NCBI GenBank assembly: GCA_040285825.1
Contig: JAUPSS010000002.1
Location: 744,001 to 808,000, forward strand
Source of the DNA: Eukaryota sp. TZLM1-RC
Lineage: Eukaryota; Protista; Metamonada: BaSk clade
Length of the DNA: 64,000 bases
Direction of reading: 5' to 3'
Position 1 is the stretch's first letter. Every line of letters begins with the position of its first letter. The position numbers and the translations under genes were made by a program. Below the pieces are notes generated by a model. It did not search any database. It was not told where the DNA came from and saw only the letters and a program-made list of their open reading frames with translations. Shown here piece after piece: positions 46,315-57,806 of the stretch.

Positions 46315-47610
46315 TTAGAAAAAACTCTTATAGTATTCATTACTATTATCAATGAGACATTGTCTGTAATCCTGATCAATCAAAAACCTCATTGCACAAC
46401 CATAAGCAAATCTTCTGGGGAAAATCAAGCTACTTCTGTGGTCAATATATCTATTCCAAGCACTTCTATCCTTAATCACCAGTTTTGTTAAGCTATCCAA
46501 AGACTTACTGGAAAGATTATCCAAATTGTAAAGAGATTTCAATGATGACTCCTTTTTCCAGACAGTTTTCTTTTCCTTATTGGCTAAGAATAGATCCAAA
46601 TAATACGTATCGATATCAACAATCTCTTCTTCATTATAAAAAACTACTTTAAAATTAGGATTGTTCATGTACACAGACGAAACAGCTCCTCCAATAAAAA
46701 TGGGACCTGTATTAGGGCTAATCAATCTGTAATCAGTGGCATGGATGTGGCCAAAGAACTGAGCGGCAATGTGAGATCCAAAAGTTTGAACTAGTTGAAG
46801 ATAACGTTCGGAAAAGAAATCTTGCCATTGTAGTCCATCATCATAGGCATTAGGGCCTAGAGTTAATGTGTCTATTTATAGTAACAAACCTGGGGCAATG
46901 TGACCGGCAATCAAAACAGATCTGCCTTCTGAATAAGTCCTTTTTAATTGTTTTTCCAACCACTGAAACTGGCCAAAGGGGTCAACATTAGACTTGTAAT
47001 TTGCAGAAGAAAAGAAGGAAAATGAATCCTTGTATGAAGGGGAGTACATATTGGTTGAAAGAACCAAGAATGTAAGTTTGGAGTTATTCAAATCAAATCT
47101 GTAAAATCCTTGCCGGGAAAACTCTTCAGCTGCCTTCTCGTTCTTCATAGCTGGCCCCCACACCTTGGAGAGTTCAAAGAGGTCGGGGGCAGTGTAACCG
47201 GGGTAAACATCGTTGTTACCAATGGTGGAGATTATTGGAACATGGGGGAATCTGGTTGTGATTTCCTTAGTAACATTGCGGACAAGATTCATGGATACAT
47301 CAGCAGAAGGAAGATCATGACTAGGCAAATCACCACCAACAAGGATGAATTCAGGGTCTGGGGCGAATCGTTTGGCAGCATCAAAGCAGGATTTGGCTAG
47401 TGGATAGGGAATATCACAACCCGGTCTTCCAAAGGTAGCTGCAACGTGTTCCGGGAGGGGTAAACGTTTTCTACACCAATCGCCTTCCTTTCCTGGCATT
47501 GAGTGGGTGAGGTAGAACGGATCCTGGTGAATGTCAGAAATAAATATAAAATACTTGGATGACGCAAATACAGAGGAGACAAGTAGAAGCAAGCATAGTG
47601 GTATGTTCAT
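46315..47610 (-). CDS. Acid sphingomyelinase-like phosphodiesterase (SMPDL3-like); 33-nt intron at 46857-46889
   Basis: Signal peptide, SDIHQD, FG..GCD, GD..SHD, GNND, GHIAP|GP, FFGHIH, N.P.F. Confidence 0.9.
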
Positions 47611-47661
47611 TGTGGGAAAAACCAAAAATGCTACAGATTCACTGTAGTAAAAGACTATAAC

Positions 47662-48915
47662 TTAAGACCAATATGGAGGCCTATCACCAACACTATCCTC
47701 TACAAAATAATCTACAATTGCCTTGATGTTGTTACGATTCCATATCTTATCCTTTCCATCGCATTCTTCTCTACAAACTTCAGATTGACATCTTAACAAA
47801 ACATGTCATTTCACAGTAGGATATTTCTCTCTCATACATGGCCTAGGATTCACAACTTCAAGAAATACATTTACTGGGTTATAACAAGTTGGACACTTTG
47901 AAGATGTGTTTCTCTCATCAACTAAACATACTGTATAACCATTTCTCTTGAAGAAATTTCTCCATCCAACTCCTCTACTTGATCGATGATGCTTCAATTT
48001 CTTTCTCTTATAGCCATTGTCACCAAACATTAGGATAGTGTCTTCTTGCTTCCATTGCTTTTCACCCATTCTTTTTAATAACATAGCCTCTGTTTTCTGA
48101 TGATGGACATATCTTTGCATTTTTTGAATGCACCATATCATTAAACAGTAGTAATCAATTGTTAATTTCCAGTTTGTCAGCTTGGAAGCAACATAGGAAT
48201 AGAAATTATTATAAATAAAAGATTTTGATGATTCTTTTGATAATGTAGCTTCTGTTTCTTCCACTGTGATTCCATTTTGTAAAATGTACTCTTTCTTTTT
48301 CATTTTTCGAAGTTTTGGTGAACTCTCGATACCCTTGACTACTCCAATTATGTCAATCTCTGCCATTCATATTGTTTATGTCTTTTTAGTTGGTCTTTTT
48401 CATTTGGTTTGAATCTTTTTTGACTACAAAAATAAACTAAATCTCTTTTACCAGGGTCAATATGTACTTTGTGTTTTGATGATAGAAATTCAACATCCAA
48501 ATCATACAAATAGTTTTCAGTGGTTGCAGGCTTGAAGGACATGCCAATACAATCCTATCTTGCTAGCTCAATACAGGCTGCAAAATCATCAGTTTTAATG
48601 GTGTTGTTAAATTTGTAGCCTTTATTAGTAAATGGTCTATTAAATTCAAAAAAATATGACCAAAATAAATTTTGTTCTTCTGGACTCATACGTTGCATGT
48701 CAGCTATTGAATTCAACAGAACTCAAAATACCCCATAGTTCTTGGCTATCAACTTAAAATCCAGGAGTTTTATGACGTACGATTGGAATAGCATTAATTG
48801 TTTTTCCCTCAGCTTCTTCTATAAAATTATTAATTTTGATAGCTGATTTGATGAAAGATTGGGGATGTTGTTGCACAGTGGAAAGTAATGAATTAACTTC
48901 AATAGCCTGCTCCTC
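47662..48915 (-). pseudogene. Fanzor1 lineage C, decayed
   Basis: GYKFNNTIKTD, HIDPGKRDL (RuvC-I), MFGDNG, VDERNTSSKCPTC, LLRCQS..C..IWNR..NIK..RPPYWS*; the RuvC-III Asp segment appears deleted. Confidence 0.85.
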
Positions 48916-48945
48916 AAATTTAACTAATCACAAAATTGCTAGAAA

Positions 48946-49350
48946 TCATTCACTATAAACATTGAAAATCGGAAAATGGTACTCTCCTTCATGTACATTA
49001 CTAAAAATAGCATCCATAAATAACCTATCCTCAGAAAACTCATCTTCAAGAACACTTTCATCCATAAACAATTCATTGACCATTCCATCTTCATAGTCTC
49101 TTTCAACAAGCAGACGCTGAAGCAACTTGCGATAGAACTTTGATTGCAACAAGTTGTAGGTCAGGTGTGGCTGCTCCATATACCATCCACCACTTGTATG
49201 CTAGCAGGGTTTTCGAACTTTCGATGACAATTGATCTATTGAAGATACCTTCCTTTATTTTGTACCGGGTGAACTCTTCGATTGCTTTAATTGATTGTGA
49301 ACCGTCATCTAAAATTTTTGGATAACGTGATTCAATGCATACCCACATGA
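48946..49350 (-). mobile_element. hAT transposase C-terminal dimerization-domain fragment
   Basis: WWMVYG..TPDLQ.VAIKVLSQVASASAC*. Confidence 0.8.
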
Positions 49351-49399
49351 TTTTATATCATTTTGTGGATGTGTTCATAAGTCAGAAGTAGGGTGATAA

Positions 49400-50265
49400 A
49401 GAGGTGAAACAAAACAAAGTGGTGTACTTGAAGATTGAGGATTGTATTTTTGTTATTTTGCATAATTTCTGTATTCAAAGAAGAATTGTTGAGATAAACC
49501 CGCAAATTTTTTGTTGAATGCTCAAAATAGTTGTTCATCTTGTTTAATTTCTCAAATTCCTCAAATATATGGTCTTCCTTTAGATGATACCACATTTTCT
49601 TGTACAATGGGCCTTCGATGTTTTATTTGGCCTAATAATGTTCCTCATAATTTGGTTTGCAAATGTGGATCAAAAACTCCTCCAAATCGTTTGTTTAACT
49701 CTAATCATTTTATTACTTTTCAATCAAAAGTCCATGATGCAGCTAGAGATCAGCTCTAGTGTATGTTTAAGTCTCACAGAATTGTCTCCTATTTGGAACC
49801 ATTACTTTCTCTTTTGGCTGATGAGGACACCTTGAATTCTTTTGATCGTAACAGAGGTGATGTAATGCTTGAAAAATCCGCTGTCTGTTGCCGAAAATTC
49901 TAAAATTGATGAATATAAAGCAATGTTGGTTTCCTTGAATGATGAATCACATACTCATTATGTCCTTTGTCCATATGCTTTTTCCTTACATGGTACGCTT
50001 GGACCACTTGCTTTATCTTTTTTGGATGATTTTGTTGAAACTGTAAAACAACGTACAGGAAGAATTTTTGACAAAACGTTTTGGCAGAACAGAATTGTAT
50101 TTTCATTTTTTAAAGGTGTTGTCTCGTTATTGTCTTCTGCTTTATTATCTCTTGGTCGCTTTTCGGAAGGAAAAACTTCCAGTCAATTTTTCTTGGCTCA
50201 TTTGGGATAAGAAGATTTAGAATTTTAATTTTTGTATTTAGTTTTTGGAAAGTAATAAATTATAA
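49400..50265 (+). mobile_element. CRE-like RLE fragment, decayed
   Basis: SSCLISQIPQIYGL..CKCG..HDAARDQL..CPYAFSL.GTLG..FWQNRIVFS. Confidence 0.8.
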
Positions 50266-50329
50266 ATATAGAAAATTTGTTGGATACAAAGTGGTTAATT
50301 AAAATTCATGTTTTTCAAATAGCCCAAAG

Positions 50330-51825
50330 ACACCAGATATTATGAATACTTCTAGATTGTTGACCCATTGTAATTGTTCCTCATTGCTAAATTTTTCAGG
50401 TCGTCTGCCTCCTTTTTCCTTATCTCGTTCATCTTTTGATTAATATTTTTAGCTGGAATTTCTTTTGTTTATTTTGTTTCAATATCAAAGGCACGAACTG
50501 ACCTTGGAGAATTAGCAGCTTTCAGTTCAGCAATACTGTTGGTTTTCATCATGGAGTTTTTATTATTCTTTTTGCCTTTTTGTGTTTTTTTGTTTCTCCC
50601 ACTGGCCTTGGGCTTTTTCGGCTGAACCTCACTTTTTGCGGTCTTTACATCAATTCAAGGTACTGCTGAGGTATTTGAAATTACACCATCAATTGTATTT
50701 TTCAGCAATAATTCCTCAGCTGACTGTAAAGCCCTTTGAGTCATATAAAAATTGAGTTTACGTGGTTTCTGTCTCGCAGATAGATTTGATGGTAAACTTA
50801 TAACGAACTCCTTGAATATTAAATTTTGTTCTGTATCAATCGGTGCAGAAGTTGAATCCACATTAGGTGAACGACTACCTCTATGCATAGTTTTGGGTTT
50901 TCTAGTAGCCTTTGAGGAAATTTTTCCGCTTTTTCCTGTCAGGATAGTAGGTTGTTGTCTTACAATTTTTGAAGAAGGGGTTGATTTTGCTGTTGACATT
51001 CTTTTTTGGGTTGTCTTGTTCTAGGTTGTAGGTACTCCTCAAGATTTCTGGTTCTAGCTTCCTTGATTTCCCTATCAGTGCGAAGTTGAATATCTAAAAT
51101 TTTTAAATTCATCCTAAATTCAGCCACGTTTAATATATCCATATAACAAATCTATAAAATTTACCAAAGTCAAGTGGTCAATATTCAATATTCATTATAT
51201 AAATAATTATATATATATTTATATATGTATTATTCATCAATTCATTGGATTCATACACCTGCTTGGCTATAGCAGCGTACCAACATACCAACACTCCACA
51301 ATCGTATCCATTGATTAGTCCTAGTATGTCATTTAAAGTGACAATTGGTGCCATGTCATGAAGCTGATTAACTATCAATTTTGCAACATCAAATTAAGTG
51401 ATTTAGTCAAAGAATCTAAATAGTAAAAATAACTCGTTTTATCAAAGTTTTCAAAGATTAATGAACTGCAATGTGAACCACCATTCCCCTGTATATTGTC
51501 ATTAACAGAAATAAAACATATATTAATATCATATAGAATCAAATGCTCTGATGCCAACTCGTCGTTATTGAGAGAGTCGACATAGTTTGCAGGATGGATG
51601 AAATCTATGTGTGAAGATTTCAAAGTGGAAACATAATTGGAAATAGTTGCGTCAACTAACCATCCCGTACCCAGAGATGTATATAGTCTCTCAGGTTTTG
51701 GGTTAGCTTCTACATCCCCACAATGTGTCAAATCAATAGAAAAAAAGGTCGATTGACAGTACATGTTTAGAAGAAGTATAAGAAGCAGGAGTAATGTACA
51801 TATATATATTTTTAAACAGGATTTT
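50330..51825 (-). pseudogene. Decayed ORF: 2A-like peptide, SENP8/Ulp1-family protease, Lys-rich region
   Basis: CGDVEANPKP, WLVDATI, VND..GGSHCS, YLDSL, NGYDCGV across frameshifts. Confidence 0.65.
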
Positions 51826-52190
51826 ACCGACATTTACAACAACTGTAGAACTACCCTCAAGATAAGCAAAATCAAAATTAAAATTTCCAAAATTGATCAA
51901 TTGACGCCCTGATTGGGCACCACTTTTTCTTACAATAGAATCATCGATCTTAAATTCACTATTTGTAGAATAAATTAAGAGATTGGAGTGAATCCTATCA
52001 ACAAGAACAAATTTAGACCCAAGCTCAAATACATTAGTGGTTGTTACATTATTGATCAAAAACTTAGACCTTGTAGAAATGATCAAATTATTGGTATAAG
52101 AACGTTGGAGAACAATAATAGAATTACGCAAGGTGACGGTAGAATCACTTAAAGTAATCAGATGTTTAGATTGATAGTCATAATCTACTG
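51826..52190 (-). pseudogene. Fragment of a beta-rich, surface-protein-like coding sequence
   Basis: Compositionally distinct S/T/N/I-rich segment within the chimeric ORF 51733-52632. Confidence 0.35.
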
Positions 52191-52749
52191 AATATTTATC
52201 AATAATAGCTGAGTCAGGCAATTTCAGTCCGGAAGCCCTGCTTTTCGTCTGAAGAAAACATTTCAGGTAGCAGGACATACGTTCACGAACGTCGCCCTTA
52301 CGGACATCAACCTTCAACTCAGCCATCGCCAAGTTGAATTCCTCGTACGAGGAAAACGAGGTGGAAGATCTCAAATGATTCAGAAACACCTCATCGGACG
52401 AATCGACCCGAGGTCTTGTGAGAACCAATGATTCCAACAAGAAGGGGTCAACAAGGAGCCTTGCTGGAACAAGGTCCTTCTTCGGCGTAACAGAAGAGTA
52501 CACCTTCCACTCCTGTAAGAACAAAAGCACATCATTCACTTTCATGGAATCCAGAGAGGGCAGTACTACGCAGCTAGAAAGCATCTGCAGTGAGGACCAA
52601 TAATTATTGATGCCATTAGGCAGCAATACCAAAGAAGTAAAGAGAGAAAAGAGCGTTTATTAATAAAGAAACCCGTTCTTCAACGAGTGCCAGGTCATCA
52701 AGTGAAATCCTGAGATAACTACTACCCTTATTTATCAGCAATTATAACA
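52191..52749 (-). mobile_element. 5' end of an LTR retrotransposon: short LTR, PBS and gag fragment
   Basis: TGTTATA start at 52749, AATAAA inside, then TGGTATTGCTG at 52631. The GC-richer gag-like ORF ends abruptly. Confidence 0.55.
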
Positions 52750-53600
52750 CAGTTACCATAAAGTGTTTCAAGTCTATTCTAGATTGAATGAATGATACTG
52801 CTTCTTTGTCAGTCTTGATGCTAGACATGAGTTGTTTTGAATTTTCTGAATAAAGTTTGATGTTTTTAATCCTTTCCATTTAAATTTTTGGATCCATTAT
52901 TTAAATTTATTATAAATTGTGATCCAATTTGTAGATGAATAACATCAGGATTTAATTCAAAAGATGTAAATAATATCCAAAAATGAATTTCCATTCAATA
53001 GTAGAAATTTCCTGACACCTAATTACTGCCTCATCACATCAATCGTGTTGGGAATTCTGATCACTTTATTCAGGAAAATGTATCATCTTCATGAACCTTC
53101 CACTAAATTGCATTGTATTGAAGATCAAGGTCAATCTTGGTCCCCATCAAAATTTTTGACAATATTGTTGATTTAAGGGGTTAATAATAAATTCTGTAAA
53201 TATTATATATATTCATGTTAATGGGTGAAAAGAATTGCTCATTTATAATTTGGGTTTGAATTGGATTGATTTGATTGAGCCTCAATTTAGTTAAATCTTG
53301 CATACCTAGATCACCGCCGATCCTCAATTTTATCAATGTAATCATTATGGTACAAATTAGGAACCAATACTTTTGCAAGATTTGAATTAGATATGAATGT
53401 TTACATCCTTGTTGGTGTTATTGAATTTATACAATCTTATTGAACTACAAAACTTAATAAGACAAAGGAGTTGTTATTGAATTTTCTTATTATCAAGTTT
53501 CATCTTTTTAAATAGATATGAATAAATAAAAAAATAAATGGAACTCCCAAAAAAAGAGCTATTGTTTGAATAAAATGATTAATGATTTAAATTTATTAAA

Positions 53601-54629
53601 TTAATGACCAAATTCAGACTGCTTTAGGCTGGACATAACACTAATTACAAAAGCCTCTAAATGATAAATGTCTTTACTGCCTTTAGTTGAATTGAACTGA
53701 AACTCTGCTGCACTCCTAATAACAACATTACACACTTCTTGATTGGTTATTTTGTTCAATAAGAATCGAGTCAGAGTGTTGAAAATAACATCACACGGAA
53801 CACAATGCACGAGCAACTCGTATAACATTTTCCTCACAGCAACTATGCCTTTAGGCGAAGGTTCAGTTATAATCTTGTCTACTATTTGGCTTGTATAAAC
53901 TTCCCAATCAGGTGGAGCCATTTTCCCTGCAATGTGAGTTCCTTCAAGTGTTAACAGGGCTCTTCGAAGGTTTCTTCCGCACCCTTGTACAATCTCTTGA
54001 ATTTGGTTTCCCTGCACCTTGGCTCCCTCCTTTCTTGCAACAAAGTCAACAACGGCTGAAATATCGTCAACAGATGGAGCTGGAACTCTAATGCAAAGAC
54101 ATCTGGATCTTATAGGATCAATGACACGACTTATGGATGAAGAAACTAAGATTAACCTACAGCTGGCCATGTACTTTTCCATTGTTCGTCTTAGGGCATG
54201 CTGGGCACCCTTAGAGAGCTTGTCAACATCATTGATGACCACCACTTTAAATGAGGTTTGTTTATCAAGGGAACGAGAGCTAGCTACTTCTTTGATTAAT
54301 TCTTGTATAATATGGCGGTCGTGTTTAGGCTGATCTGAAGGAGTAATTTCTAGATGGTGAGAGCTTGTGACAATTGGGACATCGGTAACTGTGGAAGAAG
54401 TACCAAACTTGTAGGAACGAGACTCCATATGAACTGAAGAAACAGATGACCCGAAAACCTTACGGAGTAGACAGAGTATACGTGTCTTTTTTCCAGCACC
54501 TGGAGGTCCATAAAAAAGTAAGTGAGGAATGTCTTTGCGTTGACCAAGAATGTCGAGATAGCGTGAAAGATCATCATGGTATGAAAGTTCATCCAGGCGT
54601 TGTGGTCTGTTTTTGTCAAGCCAGAGCAT
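53601..54629 (-). CDS. RFC3: Replication factor C subunit 3 (yeast Rfc5 ortholog)
   Basis: LWLDK.RP, HLLFYGPPGAGKKTR, HLEITPSD, AQHALRRTMEKY, IRSRC, HLEAF. Confidence 0.95.
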   Translation of the reverse strand: MLWLDKNRPQRLDELSYHDDLSRYLDILGQRKDIPHLLFYGPPGAGKKTRILCLLRKVFGSSVSSVHMESRSYKFGTSSTVTDVPIVTSSHHLEITPSDQPKHDRHIIQELIKEVASSRSLDKQTSFKVVVINDVDKLSKGAQHALRRTMEKYMASCRLILVSSSISRVIDPIRSRCLCIRVPAPSVDDISAVVDFVARKEGAKVQGNQIQEIVQGCGRNLRRALLTLEGTHIAGKMAPPDWEVYTSQIVDKIITEPSPKGIVAVRKMLYELLVHCVPCDVIFNTLTRFLLNKITNQEVCNVVIRSAAEFQFNSTKGSKDIYHLEAFVISVMSSLKQSEFGH

Positions 54630-54784
54630 AGTTTAGAAGGAAGACGGAAGATGGAGCAGAACTATTTTTACAATTAAAATTAAAAAAAATTAAAATTAAA
54701 TTGATTCACATCTCAAAAACAACGTCCCTCTACATCGTTGTAAAAAGGACACTTATTTCATTGTTATAGACATCATCTTTAAGA

Positions 54785-55123
54785 ATGGGTAAAGCTAATC
54801 CCAATATTCCCAAGAAGATTCGCCATTACGAATCTCTCAATCGGTGTAATGTTCTGTTTCAACAGGCATGTCACTTGATAGAAAATGGTGCAGACTTCCG
54901 CCTCATTTTTCATTATATGTCAACCATGTCACTGGTCACTCGGAAAGCAGTTCTCAGACTGCACCCTACTCTTAAACGCAAAGTCTGTACGTGTTGCCAT
55001 TGTCCTCTCGTCCCTGGTTTATCTGCAACCGTAAGGATCCGGTCAAAGAAATCCATCATCAGATGCAACTCTTGTGCTACATCTAGAACATTCTTAGCTA
55101 CTGATAAGTACCCTTCGTTATAA
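54785..55123 (+). CDS. RPP21: RNase P subunit Rpp21/Rpr2
   Basis: R...L.Q, KAVLRLHP.LKRKVC..C...L.PG..A.VR..C..C...R.F. Confidence 0.88.
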   Translation: MGKANPNIPKKIRHYESLNRCNVLFQQACHLIENGADFRLIFHYMSTMSLVTRKAVLRLHPTLKRKVCTCCHCPLVPGLSATVRIRSKKSIIRCNSCATSRTFLATDKYPSL

Positions 55124-55146
55124 GCAAACTTTAATTTACACTTATT

Positions 55147-57114
55147 TTATTTACTTAAAGCTCCAACATTTAAACCCACCGACTTAAATGTTACATCACC
55201 CAATTCCACATCTACTTTGGTATTAACTGAACTATTCAATTGAACAATTCCTAAATTAGAATCTGATATTTCACTGTTGGTTAAATCAATAACAGAATTT
55301 TCATCAAAAGCAACTGCCGTTTTAGCATCTGTAACAGTTAAATATCTTCCAATCAAATTTGATGATGTCAATGAAAGTCCAGTTTCTGAATAGTGAATAG
55401 TAGAACCAGTAGAGTTCAATTTGGAGTTAGTAGAGTTGATTCCTATTTTCTGGTTTTTTATTCCAGAATTATTGAGTTCAACATTGGAACCTTCAATTAA
55501 TTCAATCAAATTCTGATCAAATAAACATGAATGAATCGTCAAACAGCTATTGTTAATTGACATTTGACAAGACTGGAAAACACAATCAATCAGATTAGAT
55601 TGAGATTCCTTCATAAAAGTGATTGAGCAATCAAAAAATGAACTATTTTGAACCTTTGATCTGCCATTAAGCAGATTAAACATACAATCTTGATGTTCTA
55701 TTTTAGAAACAATTCCTGTGCAGTTGTCCAAAAATAGTTCAGAATTTGAAAAAGTACATTGTTGAAAATCTAAATTACTGTTAAAAATGCTTGAGTTCTT
55801 ACATTTGATAAACTTATTATTGTTGAATTTGAGTAAGCTGCAAGAATTAATACTACTAAAATGGGGAATATTGGAAAATTGGCTTCTGATAATAGAGAGT
55901 GATTCAAAATTACTGATTTGGGCAACATAATCACAACCAATCATTTCACAGTCAATAATTGATCCAATGACGTCAGCAGAATCATTTGATTGAATAATTA
56001 TTTGGACATTTTGAAATATATTATTGTTCATATTAAATGATGATGATTCATTTGAACAAACAAAACAACTTGAATTGGAAATTTCGGAATTCAGGAGCTT
56101 TAAACTTGCACAATCCATAAGTGTTAAAAAATCTTTGCAATTGAGTAAATTAGAATTAACAATAGTGAGAGCAGTGTTACCACCAATTCCAATAAAGAAA
56201 ACTCCATCAAAAAGACATCGGTCAAAATATAGATCAGAAGCACAAAAGTTAGTAAATTGTGACCCACAGTTGATAATTTCACTTCGTTGGAAAAACAAAG
56301 AAGAACTTGACAGGTCTTGACTTTGAAATAACTTTGAAATGTCAGTGAGAGTAACATTTGAGCAAGAAACTTTACCATTATCAATGCTAAATAACAAATC
56401 AGAATTCTTAATTTCACAATCAACAATACTTAAAACTCCATTGAGACAATCAAAACACGTCATCGTGTCATAAATGACAGATTTAGAAAAGGAAACCATG
56501 CTTGAATGGTGATCCAGGTATAAAATGTTTTTAGAACCAAAGAAAAGACAGTCAGTGCAAGTCAACGAGTTTTGAGCTGATGGTGTTGTGTGCTGTTGAC
56601 TTTGCAAGACTTCCAGTGAAGACTGAGATTGACCAATGAGTTTACAAGACTTTATGGTCAACCTTCCTTCATTTGATACACCTACAGTACCTGATTTGAA
56701 CATACAATCAATTACAGAAACGGAAGCCGAGGCGTTGATAGTTAACAATGGTGCAGAGAAGGAGCCACGGAAGTTACAGTTAGTGAAGTTTACGTTTACT
56801 TCATTACTACCTTCACGGCGACAGAAAACAGGCAATTTGAACTCACAGTTAGTGACTGTTTGATCTGAAGAAAGTACCAAGGCAGAAGAAGGAGATTCTT
56901 GGTTTATTATCCTTAAATCCCTAAGCGATGACCCATCTTCAACAATAAAAGAGGCCTTGCTCTTGAGAACGATAGTTGAGCCATTACCTACCAAAGTAAC
57001 ATTTTTCAATACTTGAGAGGAAGATATAACAAAAAAGGTAGAGGTAAGATAGATAGTTCCTGGATGTTGTTGGAAATCAATAAGTTCAAGAGAAGTGGAT
57101 GCGGTTCGTTCCAT
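55147..57114 (-). CDS. Right-handed parallel beta-helix protein
   Basis: 655 aa of recurring I.NC.F / I..S.F motifs, with N-terminal VTLVGNGS. Confidence 0.7.
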   Translation of the reverse strand: MERTASTSLELIDFQQHPGTIYLTSTFFVISSSQVLKNVTLVGNGSTIVLKSKASFIVEDGSSLRDLRIINQESPSSALVLSSDQTVTNCEFKLPVFCRREGSNEVNVNFTNCNFRGSFSAPLLTINASASVSVIDCMFKSGTVGVSNEGRLTIKSCKLIGQSQSSLEVLQSQQHTTPSAQNSLTCTDCLFFGSKNILYLDHHSSMVSFSKSVIYDTMTCFDCLNGVLSIVDCEIKNSDLLFSIDNGKVSCSNVTLTDISKLFQSQDLSSSSLFFQRSEIINCGSQFTNFCASDLYFDRCLFDGVFFIGIGGNTALTIVNSNLLNCKDFLTLMDCASLKLLNSEISNSSCFVCSNESSSFNMNNNIFQNVQIIIQSNDSADVIGSIIDCEMIGCDYVAQISNFESLSIIRSQFSNIPHFSSINSCSLLKFNNNKFIKCKNSSIFNSNLDFQQCTFSNSELFLDNCTGIVSKIEHQDCMFNLLNGRSKVQNSSFFDCSITFMKESQSNLIDCVFQSCQMSINNSCLTIHSCLFDQNLIELIEGSNVELNNSGIKNQKIGINSTNSKLNSTGSTIHYSETGLSLTSSNLIGRYLTVTDAKTAVAFDENSVIDLTNSEISDSNLGIVQLNSSVNTKVDVELGDVTFKSVGLNVGALSK

Positions 57115-57273
57115 TCTGATAGATATTGTCTAACAGTGTCCTTTACACAGATTCAGGTATAAGGCACTGTCTACAAGAAGGTCGAAAGAGTTTGTTTAAA
57201 ATAATTTTACTGTGGTTGAATTTTAGGTTGAATACAAATCCCTTTTTTTACCTTTTTTTACCTATTGAGATAA

Positions 57274-57498
57274 ACACTTGCTCAAAACTCTGGTCTTGAT
57301 GCTGAAGAGAATATTATCAACTTGCAAGAAGAAGCCGAAGAGGGTGGCATTGTTGGTTTAGATGTCTTTTCTGGAGAAGGCTGTGATCCAAAGGAACTTG
57401 GAATTTGGGACAACTATTGTGTTTTAAGAAATATGATTCGTTCATCTGCTGTTATTTCTTCTCAATTATTGTTGTGTGATGAAATTATAGCTGCTGGT
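57274..57498 (+). pseudogene. Orphan C-terminal fragment of chaperonin CCT6 (zeta)
   Basis: TLAQNSGLD..VGLD..SGE..GIWDNY.V..QLLL.DEI..AG, with an in-frame TAA immediately upstream. Confidence 0.75.
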
Positions 57499-57806
57499 TT
57501 GTTACCTTATGATCAGTTTAGTGAGTCTACAATGAAAGTTGACAAGAAATTAATTATAGTTTTTCTATTGGTATCACAGAACACTGCATAATTGTAAAAT
57601 ATTATCTTTGATCTTGCACCAACGTCTGGTTTCTCCCTACGACATCTATGGGCCTTAGTTTTCAACTTTTACTTAATGGTGTAGACATAAAACACAGAAA
57701 ACCTAGAACACACAGTTCAGGAGCTTCTTAGCATAATAACGTGCCAATAATGTTCAAATAAACAACAAAAAACATCAACTATTTATTTACAAAATAACTT
57801 ACTTTA

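Noticed and set aside
51733-52632. 299-aa ORF as a real fusion gene
   Set aside because: The abrupt compositional switch indicates a chance in-frame junction of gag-like and surface-protein-like fragments.
57208-57225. TACTGTG as the left TIR of Fanzor B1
   Set aside because: Only a 7-nt match, and it would enclose the host COMMD gene.
57241-57273. Trans-splicing acceptor for the CCT6 fragment
   Set aside because: An in-frame TAA lies between the nearest AG and the coding match.
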